This document shows, piece after piece, positions 36,926 through 45,211 of a stretch of DNA of 64,000 nucleotides. Numbering within the stretch: the first letter of the stretch is position 1; each line of letters starts with the position of its first letter. The DNA comes from Vulcanimicrobiota bacterium (GTDB lineage: Bacteria > Vulcanimicrobiota > JAJTBE01). Location of the stretch: positions 31,996 through 95,995 of the forward strand of contig JAIORV010000160.1 in NCBI GenBank assembly GCA_021107945.1, in the 5' to 3' direction. Below the pieces are notes generated by a model. It was not told the origin of the DNA. It worked only from the letters and a program-made list of their open reading frames with translations, and ran no database searches. Position numbers and translations under genes: made by a program.

Positions 36926-37122
36926 TTTGCCATGAACAACAAAAATCCTTTTAGCATTTTGAAGTGGGAAATGGAAGATGATTTTTTACACCACGAAGCC
37001 ACGGAGTTCACGAAGAAAACAAATGACACAAACTCATATAGTTTGTGTCCTTCGTGCCTTTGTGGTAAATAGAAGTGGGAAGTGGGATCCGCCATTCGTT
37101 CTCTTTTCTTTGTTCTCAATTT

Positions 37123-37147
37123 ATCGGGACGGGGACGTCCCTCCTAC
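37123..37147 (-). repeat. REP copy
   Basis: Exact reverse complement of the 25-mer. Confidence 0.95.
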
Positions 37148-37168
37148 AGATCTGACCTCTGACTTCCG

Positions 37169-39664
37169 TTATCCTACCGATTCCTTCACCTCGTCAAATT
37201 CCCTCATCGTGGACAGTCCCACCGTGCTCCATAATTGAACCGGATTCGACTCGGACTCGCTTGCCGCCTCCGCTCCGTATGCTATGGGCTTCATCTTGCC
37301 GTTATCAATTTTGTATGTCCAGAGCTCGGAGTTTACCAGATCCCCTGCATTTTGCTCCATTTTTCTGAGGTTTGATAGGGATTTGAACATATCCTTCGCC
37401 AGCTTCTCATGCCCGGGTCTTTCCTGGAACCTCTTTATCTGTTTCATCAATCCTTTTTCCATAAGCGCCATATGCCACGACCAGACAACGGTTCCATGAT
37501 ACCCGTTCCTGTCAAGTGTTTTTCTGAGTGATTTATTTGATGCAAAGACCGGGTTTGCAACGAAAATGCCCGACGATCCGGCAAGTCCGAGGGGGTATGG
37601 AAGGTCAATCGTTTTGAGAATTCCCCTTATTTCTTCCGGGGAGGGATTTCCGTTGAAAAGCCTGAATCCGGCGTCGGAATTCATAACCTCCACAGGTTTG
37701 CCGTCCTTATCAAGTGAGAGGGCGTAGAAGCTCAACCCGTCCTTCAGGTTGTCCGGTGTTTTATTTCCATATACAAAATCTCTCACTGTTACCTTGTCGT
37801 CAATTTTTGTATTCAAATGGAAGTCTTTCTCATCGGAATCAGGCAGGTAGTTCTCCATGTAATCTTTCAATTTACCCCTGACCTGATCCGGCGACATATC
37901 AACCTTGTAATGATCCCTGGCCCCATGCCATGCCTTGATATTTTTATCCATAACCTCCGGTGATTCCAGAGCTTTCCTGATAAATCCCAGGTTATGCTTT
38001 GAAGCGATTTCCTGAAGCTCACCCCTTGAATAAACGCCTGAATCAATAACATCCCTGACGGATGAAAGACTGTCGGCCACAAAATCCACATTTACACTGC
38101 AGGGATATACTCCCCAGCCAAGCCCGGGATTGGAGTCACGCCAGTCGCCTACAGATTCGTCATGCGCTATCCTTATGAGATCCTTCGGGTCCCCTGTCTC
38201 CGTATATCTCTCCGCTTTTTTGAGGGCATAATCGAAGTTCTTTAAAAGGGCATCGACATTTTTCTCACCCTGCTGATTTGTCTTATTGAGGAAAGCCAGT
38301 TTCCTTGATTTTGCTATGGAGTCATCACTGATATAATTTCCCACCGTATGGGGTAGCATATAATCATCGTCAATCATCTTGTAATCATATATGGGATCCG
38401 ACAGGTGCTTTTTCACCTCGGCGGCTTCGTTATTTTTCCCCTCTGCTCGAAGTTGATTATATTCCGACACTCTCTGCGCAATTGCCTGTGAGCCTATGTC
38501 TTCTTCGTGGGCGACAGCTCCTTCAGGTGAAAGGCCGTCCAGGACGCTTTGCATCGCGGATTCATACACCTTCGTGTCAACGCTGTCCCTGAGCATCATC
38601 AAGCTCATCATTGTGTCGCGACCGAAGTATGTGAGAAATCTCCAGGAGCCTGCAAGGAATTTTTCATGGTATGAGAGGAATGAGAGACCCTGAAGAGCTT
38701 CGCCAAACCGTTTTGCCTTTTGAGGATCGGTCTTTTTCAACTTCTCCCTGTAAATGGAAGCTTTATTGTTAAGGAGGTCATCCTCTGTATATGGAGTAAG
38801 GGGCTTGTAGTCAATCGATGAGGCGACCCCAAATTTTACCGGGCCTCCCTCTTTTGACTCAATTGTAAGCTTGCCGTTCTCGACTTTAGCCTCCATCTCG
38901 TCGGGGATCCTCAACTCGGTGTAAAATGTGTTTTTCCGGTCAAGTGTTTTCCTTGTTATAGTTATTACCTCGTTCTTCCCCCTTCTTTCAACCGATATGG
39001 AGGGATTCAAGTATCCGTTTTCTGGAATGTCGGTAAGATCCAGAAATTTGCGCTTGTCGTTCCATCTGTTTTTGACAGCATCAGGAGCCTTGAGGTCCCT
39101 TATGAACCTTATTGAATCGAGATGAACATCAGATATAACAACCCTGTTTTTATTGGCCTTTACTTTGAATGAGACTCCATTGTCATTCTTGCCGCGGGAG
39201 AATTCCCGGGGCTCGCCGATGTATGAAAATTTCATCCCTTTCGAGCTTTCATCGCCGGGATCAAGCCTCATTGCCATGCCTGAATTCCCCACGGGGAAAC
39301 TCACATATATCCTGCCATTTTGTCCGTCGGTGAGCATAACATGAGATGTAAAATCCTTCGAGGAAAAGAAATAGTTGCTTGAAAGGCCTTCCCTGATAAA
39401 GAAATTATGTTTTTTTTGGTCAATTTTCCCGCTATCCTGTGCAAAATTAAGCATATTGGGTACTTTCTTTTCCACTATTTCACGGGGCGTTTCAGGTGTT
39501 ACAGCTTTCATCTCTTCCAGTGGGGACTTCTTTTCAGGTGGTGAGAATTTACCGATTGTTACCTTGTCGGATATGACCGAGGATTGTTTTTCTTTTTTGA
39601 CAACTGTTTTTTTAGGTGTTATTGAACCGACTTGTTGTGTGATTGAAACAGATCTTATATCCAT
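37169..39664 (-). CDS. Putative glycoside hydrolase (glycogen-debranching-like alpha/alpha barrel)
   Basis: FLAGSWRFLTYFGRDT, AHEE, GDWRDS, YHGTVVWSW motifs; 831 aa. Confidence 0.65.
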   Translation of the reverse strand: MDIRSVSITQQVGSITPKKTVVKKEKQSSVISDKVTIGKFSPPEKKSPLEEMKAVTPETPREIVEKKVPNMLNFAQDSGKIDQKKHNFFIREGLSSNYFFSSKDFTSHVMLTDGQNGRIYVSFPVGNSGMAMRLDPGDESSKGMKFSYIGEPREFSRGKNDNGVSFKVKANKNRVVISDVHLDSIRFIRDLKAPDAVKNRWNDKRKFLDLTDIPENGYLNPSISVERRGKNEVITITRKTLDRKNTFYTELRIPDEMEAKVENGKLTIESKEGGPVKFGVASSIDYKPLTPYTEDDLLNNKASIYREKLKKTDPQKAKRFGEALQGLSFLSYHEKFLAGSWRFLTYFGRDTMMSLMMLRDSVDTKVYESAMQSVLDGLSPEGAVAHEEDIGSQAIAQRVSEYNQLRAEGKNNEAAEVKKHLSDPIYDYKMIDDDYMLPHTVGNYISDDSIAKSRKLAFLNKTNQQGEKNVDALLKNFDYALKKAERYTETGDPKDLIRIAHDESVGDWRDSNPGLGWGVYPCSVNVDFVADSLSSVRDVIDSGVYSRGELQEIASKHNLGFIRKALESPEVMDKNIKAWHGARDHYKVDMSPDQVRGKLKDYMENYLPDSDEKDFHLNTKIDDKVTVRDFVYGNKTPDNLKDGLSFYALSLDKDGKPVEVMNSDAGFRLFNGNPSPEEIRGILKTIDLPYPLGLAGSSGIFVANPVFASNKSLRKTLDRNGYHGTVVWSWHMALMEKGLMKQIKRFQERPGHEKLAKDMFKSLSNLRKMEQNAGDLVNSELWTYKIDNGKMKPIAYGAEAASESESNPVQLWSTVGLSTMREFDEVKESVG

Positions 39665-39695
39665 TATAATCCCCCCATTTTATTTATTCGTATTA

Positions 39696-39724
39696 ATTTT
39701 ATCACATTAAAGATAGGATGTAAA
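39696..39724 (-). promoter_or_regulatory. Putative sigma-70 promoter with extended -10
   Basis: On the minus strand, TTTACA-N17-TAAAAT, with TG at -15/-14. Confidence 0.5.
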
Positions 39725-39812
39725 TAATTGTCTTTTTCATATAGAGGGAATCAGGTTATATGCTCGAAAGATGGTAAAAAATTCCACATAATATAATTAA
39801 GGAGGAAGACAA

Positions 39813-40571
39813 ATGAGAATTCCATTTCTTGCAGGAAACTGGAAAATGCACAATACCGTTTGCGAGGCATTGAACCTCGTTCAGGATCTGATAATAAGCA
39901 CAAATGATGTAAAGGATCGTGAGGTTGTAGTATGCCCCACATTCACAGCTTTGCAGGCCGTGAGTAAGTTGATCGAGGGTACTCACATCCGCCTGGGAGC
40001 GCAGAATATGTATTGTGCAGAGAAAGGCGCGTTCACCGGTGAAATTTCCCCGCCGATGCTCAAGGAACTTTGCTGTCGATATGTTATCCTGGGTCATTCC
40101 GAGAGAAGAAACGTATTCGGTGAGGATGACGAGCTTATCAACAAGAAGATAAAGATGGCGCTTGATTGGGGACTGCATCCCATTCTATGTGTCGGAGAAT
40201 CTCTCAAACAGCGTGAAGCCGGCGAAACAAAGGACTGGGTGAAAGGACAGGTTGAGAAAGACCTTCACCAGTTGACCCCGTCGGAAATTGAGAAAATGGT
40301 CATAGCATACGAGCCAATCTGGGCGATTGGAACCGGCAAGACCGACACCGCCCAGGGTGCGAATGACACAATAGGAATGGTTAGAAATCTGATTGCCGAT
40401 AATTCATCATATGAAGTGGCGCAGAAAGTGAGAATACTTTACGGCGGATCCGTGAAACCCGGTAATGTTGACGGATTTATGGCTCAAAAAGAGATTGACG
40501 GCGCGCTCGTAGGCGGCGCAGCCCTGAAAGCGGATTCGTTTGCAAGAATTGTAAAATACGAGGAGATTTAG
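39813..40571 (+). CDS. tpiA: Triosephosphate isomerase
   Basis: AGNWKM, GAFTGEIS, LGHSERR, AYEPIWAIGTG, YGGSVKP. Confidence 0.99.
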   Translation: MRIPFLAGNWKMHNTVCEALNLVQDLIISTNDVKDREVVVCPTFTALQAVSKLIEGTHIRLGAQNMYCAEKGAFTGEISPPMLKELCCRYVILGHSERRNVFGEDDELINKKIKMALDWGLHPILCVGESLKQREAGETKDWVKGQVEKDLHQLTPSEIEKMVIAYEPIWAIGTGKTDTAQGANDTIGMVRNLIADNSSYEVAQKVRILYGGSVKPGNVDGFMAQKEIDGALVGGAALKADSFARIVKYEEI

Positions 40572-40736
40572 ATATATCCCCTTGAGAATAATTGAGAAAG
40601 TGGAAGCGGTGGTTGGATCATTGAAATTTAGCCACCGTTTTTTGCATTTTATGCCCAACATCCAACTTCCAACCTCATTCACGAGATTATCCTCCAGTTT
40701 CACAGGGTGTCCAACAACTTGAAAACTTGCATCAGC

Positions 40737-40913
40737 ATTGTCATTGCTGGGGGGCGAAGCCGACGAAGCAATCTCACTATTTGGAAGCGAGAAACGGGAG
40801 GCGAGAGGCGAGAAGTGAAAAATGAGGGCTTCCTCTTCCCATTTCCCATCTCCCTTTTCCCGGTTCCCGTAAAGGAGATTGCTTCGCCTCCTGCGGAGTT
40901 TCGCAATGACAAT
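40737..40913. repeat. Long inverted-repeat element with heptamer-filled interior
   Basis: attgtcattgc..cgaagcaatctc / gagattgcttcg..gcaatgacaat. Confidence 0.75.
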
Positions 40914-40979
40914 ATCCCTGGTAAAAAGTGCTAAACCATAGTATTAAACATTACCATGAATAACTTTTCCAATCTCATA

Positions 40980-41032
40980 TTGACAAGGAAATCAAATTAT
41001 GCTAATATAAGTTAGTTAACGTTAACTAACTT
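40980..41032 (+). promoter_or_regulatory. Sigma-70 promoter with a 24-bp perfect palindrome (likely TetR operator)
   Basis: TTGACA(40980)-N17-TAATAT with extended TG; aagttagttaac|gttaactaactt at 41009-41032. Confidence 0.8.
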
Positions 41033-41046
41033 TAGGGAGATAAAAA

Positions 41047-41643
41047 TTGATAGTGGATAGGTACTCAAAAAGACAACAACAAATAATTGAAGCGGCGATA
41101 AATCTTATAGCAAGTGATGGAATCCAGAAGCTTTCAATAAGGAATCTCACAAGGAATATCGGGATAACTGAACCTGCTCTATACAGGCACTTCGATTCAA
41201 AACAGGATCTATTGATCGAAATTCTCAATTACTTCGAGGAAACAGGGAAGGTTATTAACGATGAAATATGCACCATTTATGAACGCCCCCTTGAATGTAT
41301 CGAAAAATTCCTTTTATTGAAGCTTGAAAACCTTTCCAGGAATCCCGCTTTGGCCTCGGTAATTTTTTCAGAAGAAATTTTTCGATATGACGGGAGACTG
41401 TCCAAAAAGGTTCAAGACATAATGCGAAAAAATCGGGATTTTATTGAAAAATTGGTAATAACCGGACAGGAAACAGGAGAAGTTAGAAGCGACATACCAG
41501 GGGATCAAATAAGCATGATAATCCTGGGGACAATAAGGCTGCTTGTAAAGAGATGGCGTTTGTCCGATTTCTCATTTAATCTGGAGGACGAGGGGAGGAG
41601 ATTGAAAGATACCATTATCGGGCTCATCAGCGAGGGAAAATAA
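41047..41643 (+). CDS. TetR/AcrR family regulator
   Basis: RQQQIIEAA...SIRNLTRNIGITEPALYRHFDSK. Confidence 0.93.
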   Translation: MIVDRYSKRQQQIIEAAINLIASDGIQKLSIRNLTRNIGITEPALYRHFDSKQDLLIEILNYFEETGKVINDEICTIYERPLECIEKFLLLKLENLSRNPALASVIFSEEIFRYDGRLSKKVQDIMRKNRDFIEKLVITGQETGEVRSDIPGDQISMIILGTIRLLVKRWRLSDFSFNLEDEGRRLKDTIIGLISEGK

Positions 41644-41743
41644 TGATATATGTTCAAGACAGCCAGGGGCAATTGCCTGCGACTTAATACTATAAAACAA
41701 AGGTGTCCCGGTCTTCTTAAAAGCTATAAAAGGGAGTAATAAG

Positions 41744-42082
41744 ATGAAAATTATCTCATTAAAAGATGCACCAAGAACAAAGAATCCCCATAACGTTCAG
41801 GCATGCAAAGTATATGACACAGAAAATGCGATAGTGGTTCATATGACACTTGAACCCGGTGAAAAATTAAAAAGGCATAAAACACCTGTTGACGTTTTCT
41901 TTGTAATACTTGAAGGGAAACCCTCCATTGAGGTTGGAGACGAGAAAATTCAGGTGGAAAAAGATCAACTTATCGAGAGTCCCGCCAATATTGTCCACTG
42001 TATATACAACGAAACCGACGAACCCGCAAGAATATTGGTTGTAAAAGTACCGAAACCTTCCAGTAAGACAAAAATAATTTGA
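41744..42082 (+). CDS. Cupin domain protein
   Basis: LEPGEKLKRHKTP..FVILEG...PANIVHCIYN. Confidence 0.88.
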   Translation: MKIISLKDAPRTKNPHNVQACKVYDTENAIVVHMTLEPGEKLKRHKTPVDVFFVILEGKPSIEVGDEKIQVEKDQLIESPANIVHCIYNETDEPARILVVKVPKPSSKTKII

Positions 42083-42101
42083 ATCTATGAGGAGGAAAAA
42101 T

Positions 42102-43772
42102 ATGAATATGTTTTGCTTTCAATGTCAGGAAACACTGAAAAACACGGGATGTGTAATGGCCGGGATCTGCGGAAAGAGTGCGGATGTGGCGACTCTTCAG
42201 GATCTTTTGATCTATCTCTTAAAAGGAATATCAGTATATGGAGAAAAGGCGAGAAAACTGGGACACAACGATGAAGAAGTCGATATATTCGTTGCGAGGG
42301 GCCTTTTTACAACAATAACAAACGTCAACTTCGACACAGACAGGTTGGTAAAGCTTATTGAACAGGCATTCAAGGCCAGGGAGAAGATCGAGAATATCTT
42401 TTTGAATGCATACAAGGAGAAACATGGCGAGGATTTTACAGGCAAATTACCTGAACCTGCGAGATGGAAATCCGGTGACGGAATCCGCAGTTATCTTGAA
42501 AAAGGCCGCAATGTGGGAGTATTGGCAGAAAAAAATGAGGACATAAGATCCCTAAAACAGCTTCTCACATACGGTCTGAAAGGAATTGCCGCATATGCGG
42601 ATCACGCCTACATACTGGGCAAAAAGGACGACAGCATATTTGCGTTTCTTCAGGAAGCTCTGGAGGCTACAACGAGGGAATTCATCACTGTCGATGAGCT
42701 TGTCAATCTCGTTATAAAGGCGGGAGAAATGGGCGTAACAACAATGGCACTCCTTGATGAAGCCAATACATCACGATACGGAAATCCGGAGCCTACCGAG
42801 GTTTATACCGGCACAAGGGCAAAGCCTGCAATTCTTATAAGCGGCCACGATCTTCTTGATATGGAGGAGATTCTCCAGCAGACCGCCGGCAAGGGAGTGG
42901 ACATTTACACCCATGGCGAAATGCTCCCGGCAAATGCATACCCCGCCTTCAAGAAATACGATCACTTTGTGGGCAACTACGGAACCTCCTGGTTTAACCA
43001 GCAAAAGGAATTTGACAAATTCAACGGCGCGATAATAATGACGACAAACTGCATCCAGAAACCCAAAGAGAGTTACAAGAACAGGATCTTTACAACAGGA
43101 CTCGTGGCATGGCCTGATGTGGCGCATATTTCTGACAGGGAATTTGGGAAGCCTAAAGATTTTTCACTGGTTATCGAAAAAGCACTGGAGCAGGGCGCAC
43201 TGGAAGAAATTCCCGGCAAGAAAATCATGATAGGATTCGCCCGGAATTCCCTCATGGCTTCAGCAGACAAAATAATCTCAGCCGTGAAATCCGGCAAGAT
43301 AAAACGCTTCGTTGTTATGGCGGGATGTGACGGACGTTATAAGAATCGTGAATATTATACCGAGGTAGCCAAAAATCTCCCGGAGGGCACGGTTATCCTG
43401 ACCGCAGGATGCGCAAAATACAGGTACAACATGCTGGATCTCGGCGATATCGACGGAATCCCCAGAGTGATAGACGCGGGGCAGTGCAATGACTCATATT
43501 CCCTTGCATACATCGCTCTTCAGCTTGTAAAAGCATTCGAAGCCGACAGCATTAACGATCTGCCGATATCATTCGACATTGCATGGTACGAGCAGAAGGC
43601 GGTAACAGTCCTCCTGGCCTTGCTGTATCTCGGAGTAAAAGGCATAAGACTGGGACCAACCCTGCCGGCATTCCTGTCACCGAATGTGGCAAAAGTCCTG
43701 GTGGAGAAATTCGACATAAAACTCATCGGTACGGTGGAGGAAGATATTGATGCCATGATGTTGGGAAAATGA
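42102..43772 (+). CDS. hcp: Hybrid cluster protein (hydroxylamine reductase)
   Basis: MFCFQCQET...GC...GICGK, SGHDL, THGEMLP, MAGCDG, DAGQCNDSYS, WYEQKA. Confidence 0.98.
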   Translation: MNMFCFQCQETLKNTGCVMAGICGKSADVATLQDLLIYLLKGISVYGEKARKLGHNDEEVDIFVARGLFTTITNVNFDTDRLVKLIEQAFKAREKIENIFLNAYKEKHGEDFTGKLPEPARWKSGDGIRSYLEKGRNVGVLAEKNEDIRSLKQLLTYGLKGIAAYADHAYILGKKDDSIFAFLQEALEATTREFITVDELVNLVIKAGEMGVTTMALLDEANTSRYGNPEPTEVYTGTRAKPAILISGHDLLDMEEILQQTAGKGVDIYTHGEMLPANAYPAFKKYDHFVGNYGTSWFNQQKEFDKFNGAIIMTTNCIQKPKESYKNRIFTTGLVAWPDVAHISDREFGKPKDFSLVIEKALEQGALEEIPGKKIMIGFARNSLMASADKIISAVKSGKIKRFVVMAGCDGRYKNREYYTEVAKNLPEGTVILTAGCAKYRYNMLDLGDIDGIPRVIDAGQCNDSYSLAYIALQLVKAFEADSINDLPISFDIAWYEQKAVTVLLALLYLGVKGIRLGPTLPAFLSPNVAKVLVEKFDIKLIGTVEEDIDAMMLGK

Positions 43773-43795
43773 TAAATGATATGTGAAACTTGATT

Positions 43796-43946
43796 TTTTT
43801 CACCACAGAGGACACAGAGATCACAGAGTTTTAAACGGACTTAATTATATTGAAATTCACTAATTCCCTGATGTTCGGGTGGAGGCTGGTCGGAAGACCA
43901 GCCTCCATTGCTGTAAAATCGGGTTGGGAGGGGTCTGAATAAATAC
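43796..43946. mobile_element. MITE-like family D copy
   Basis: caccacagaggacacagag...tggaggctggtc-ggaa-gaccagcctcca...ggtctgaataaatac. Confidence 0.6.
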
Positions 43947-44054
43947 TCTATGAAACTCACTTTCACAATCGCCCAAATGGATGTCGGGACATTATGGGCA
44001 TTAAGATTTCGTTTCGTGGTTTCTTATGACAGGCAAAGAATATGGTAATTTGTA

Positions 44055-44375
44055 TTATTTATTGAGCGATTTCAAAATAAACCTTCTGTCCTCAATGGGT
44101 ATCAATTCAAGTTTTGGGGGGCTTCTCTTTTCCCAGGGTGCAAGATTATTTTTTATCATCCATTCTCCAATTTCTTTCTTGCGTAGTTCAGGGCAATCTT
44201 TCCAGAAAGTCCCCTCCACAATATTGACATCAATCGAATTGCCATCACTAAATTCAATATTTACCGAAGACCATTCTTCCTTGAAATACCTCTCCCTGTC
44301 TTTTTCATTAATACTAATACCGTACCCGGAGCCTCTTTTTTCTCGTTTGCCGTTACTCCATCCTGATACCATCAT
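44055..44375 (-). CDS. Hypothetical protein (106 aa), coupled to the CBS-HEPN gene
   Basis: ATGA overlap with the upstream gene; W/G/P-patterned sequence (GWSNG..GSGYG..FWKDCPEL..IGEW..PW..PP). Confidence 0.8.
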   Translation of the reverse strand: MMVSGWSNGKREKRGSGYGISINEKDRERYFKEEWSSVNIEFSDGNSIDVNIVEGTFWKDCPELRKKEIGEWMIKNNLAPWEKRSPPKLELIPIEDRRFILKSLNK

Positions 44376-45163
44376 GCCTGAGATGCCTCCTCACAATTAT
44401 TAATTGTGCTTTCAATCTTATCGGATACTTCTATAACTTCCGACCAGGATGAACCGGAGATAATATCATAGCCGTGTGCAATGTTATTTCTAAGCTTTTC
44501 TACTTTATCAAAAATTTTATTAGCTTTTTCCTTAGACTTAATGCCAATTAGGCTAAACAATTCATCCTTTTTCCTGATTATTGTGCATTTATCACATAAT
44601 TGCAGGCAATCAAAGACATCTAATTCTTCATTTCTGACTCTTATATCCTCATAAAAAGATTTGGCTTTTTCAATCCTTTTTTCTGATAATAGACTTTCCA
44701 ATTCTCCCTCGTCGCAAAATTTTCTAATCATACGAGTGAAATGCATCTCCAACAAGTTGATCAAGGCAAAAAGAAACATGCGCACAGGAGCTTTTCTTAA
44801 ATCTCCTTTTGTCACAATATACTTTATTTCATTATTTTCAAGAATAAACAACCAACCTTTATCCTTAAGTATATCTAGGCATTTTAATATTGGAGTTGAT
44901 TCCGCCACGATATCTATTGGCTTGATGGTCTCAACTTGTTGAGAACAAATCCCAGTTGTTAACTTTGATTGGATTACATACCCGATAATTACTCCGCTGG
45001 ATCTTACAGGCATTATGTCAAAGTTTTCGTCTTTCATTCGATCTCTAACTTCCGAACAATTATCATTTTCGTTGACAGATTTAACTTCTTCTGCAATATG
45101 TTTGACTGATATTTGATTAAGAACATTTCTCAATTCATCCAAGTTTGTTCTTAGCTGTTTCAT
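44372..45163 (-). CDS. CBS-pair + HEPN (RxxxxH) domain protein
   Basis: CBS motifs FDIMPV..IIGYV and LFILE..YIVTKGDL; helical C-terminus with LLEMHF..IR and LRNNIAH; AAGGAG before ATG 45163. Confidence 0.8.
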   Translation of the reverse strand: MKQLRTNLDELRNVLNQISVKHIAEEVKSVNENDNCSEVRDRMKDENFDIMPVRSSGVIIGYVIQSKLTTGICSQQVETIKPIDIVAESTPILKCLDILKDKGWLFILENNEIKYIVTKGDLRKAPVRMFLFALINLLEMHFTRMIRKFCDEGELESLLSEKRIEKAKSFYEDIRVRNEELDVFDCLQLCDKCTIIRKKDELFSLIGIKSKEKANKIFDKVEKLRNNIAHGYDIISGSSWSEVIEVSDKIESTINNCEEASQA

Positions 45164-45211
45164 AATGATACTCCTTTCATTTAATTCAATCATCATTCAA
45201 TCGGGGAAAGG

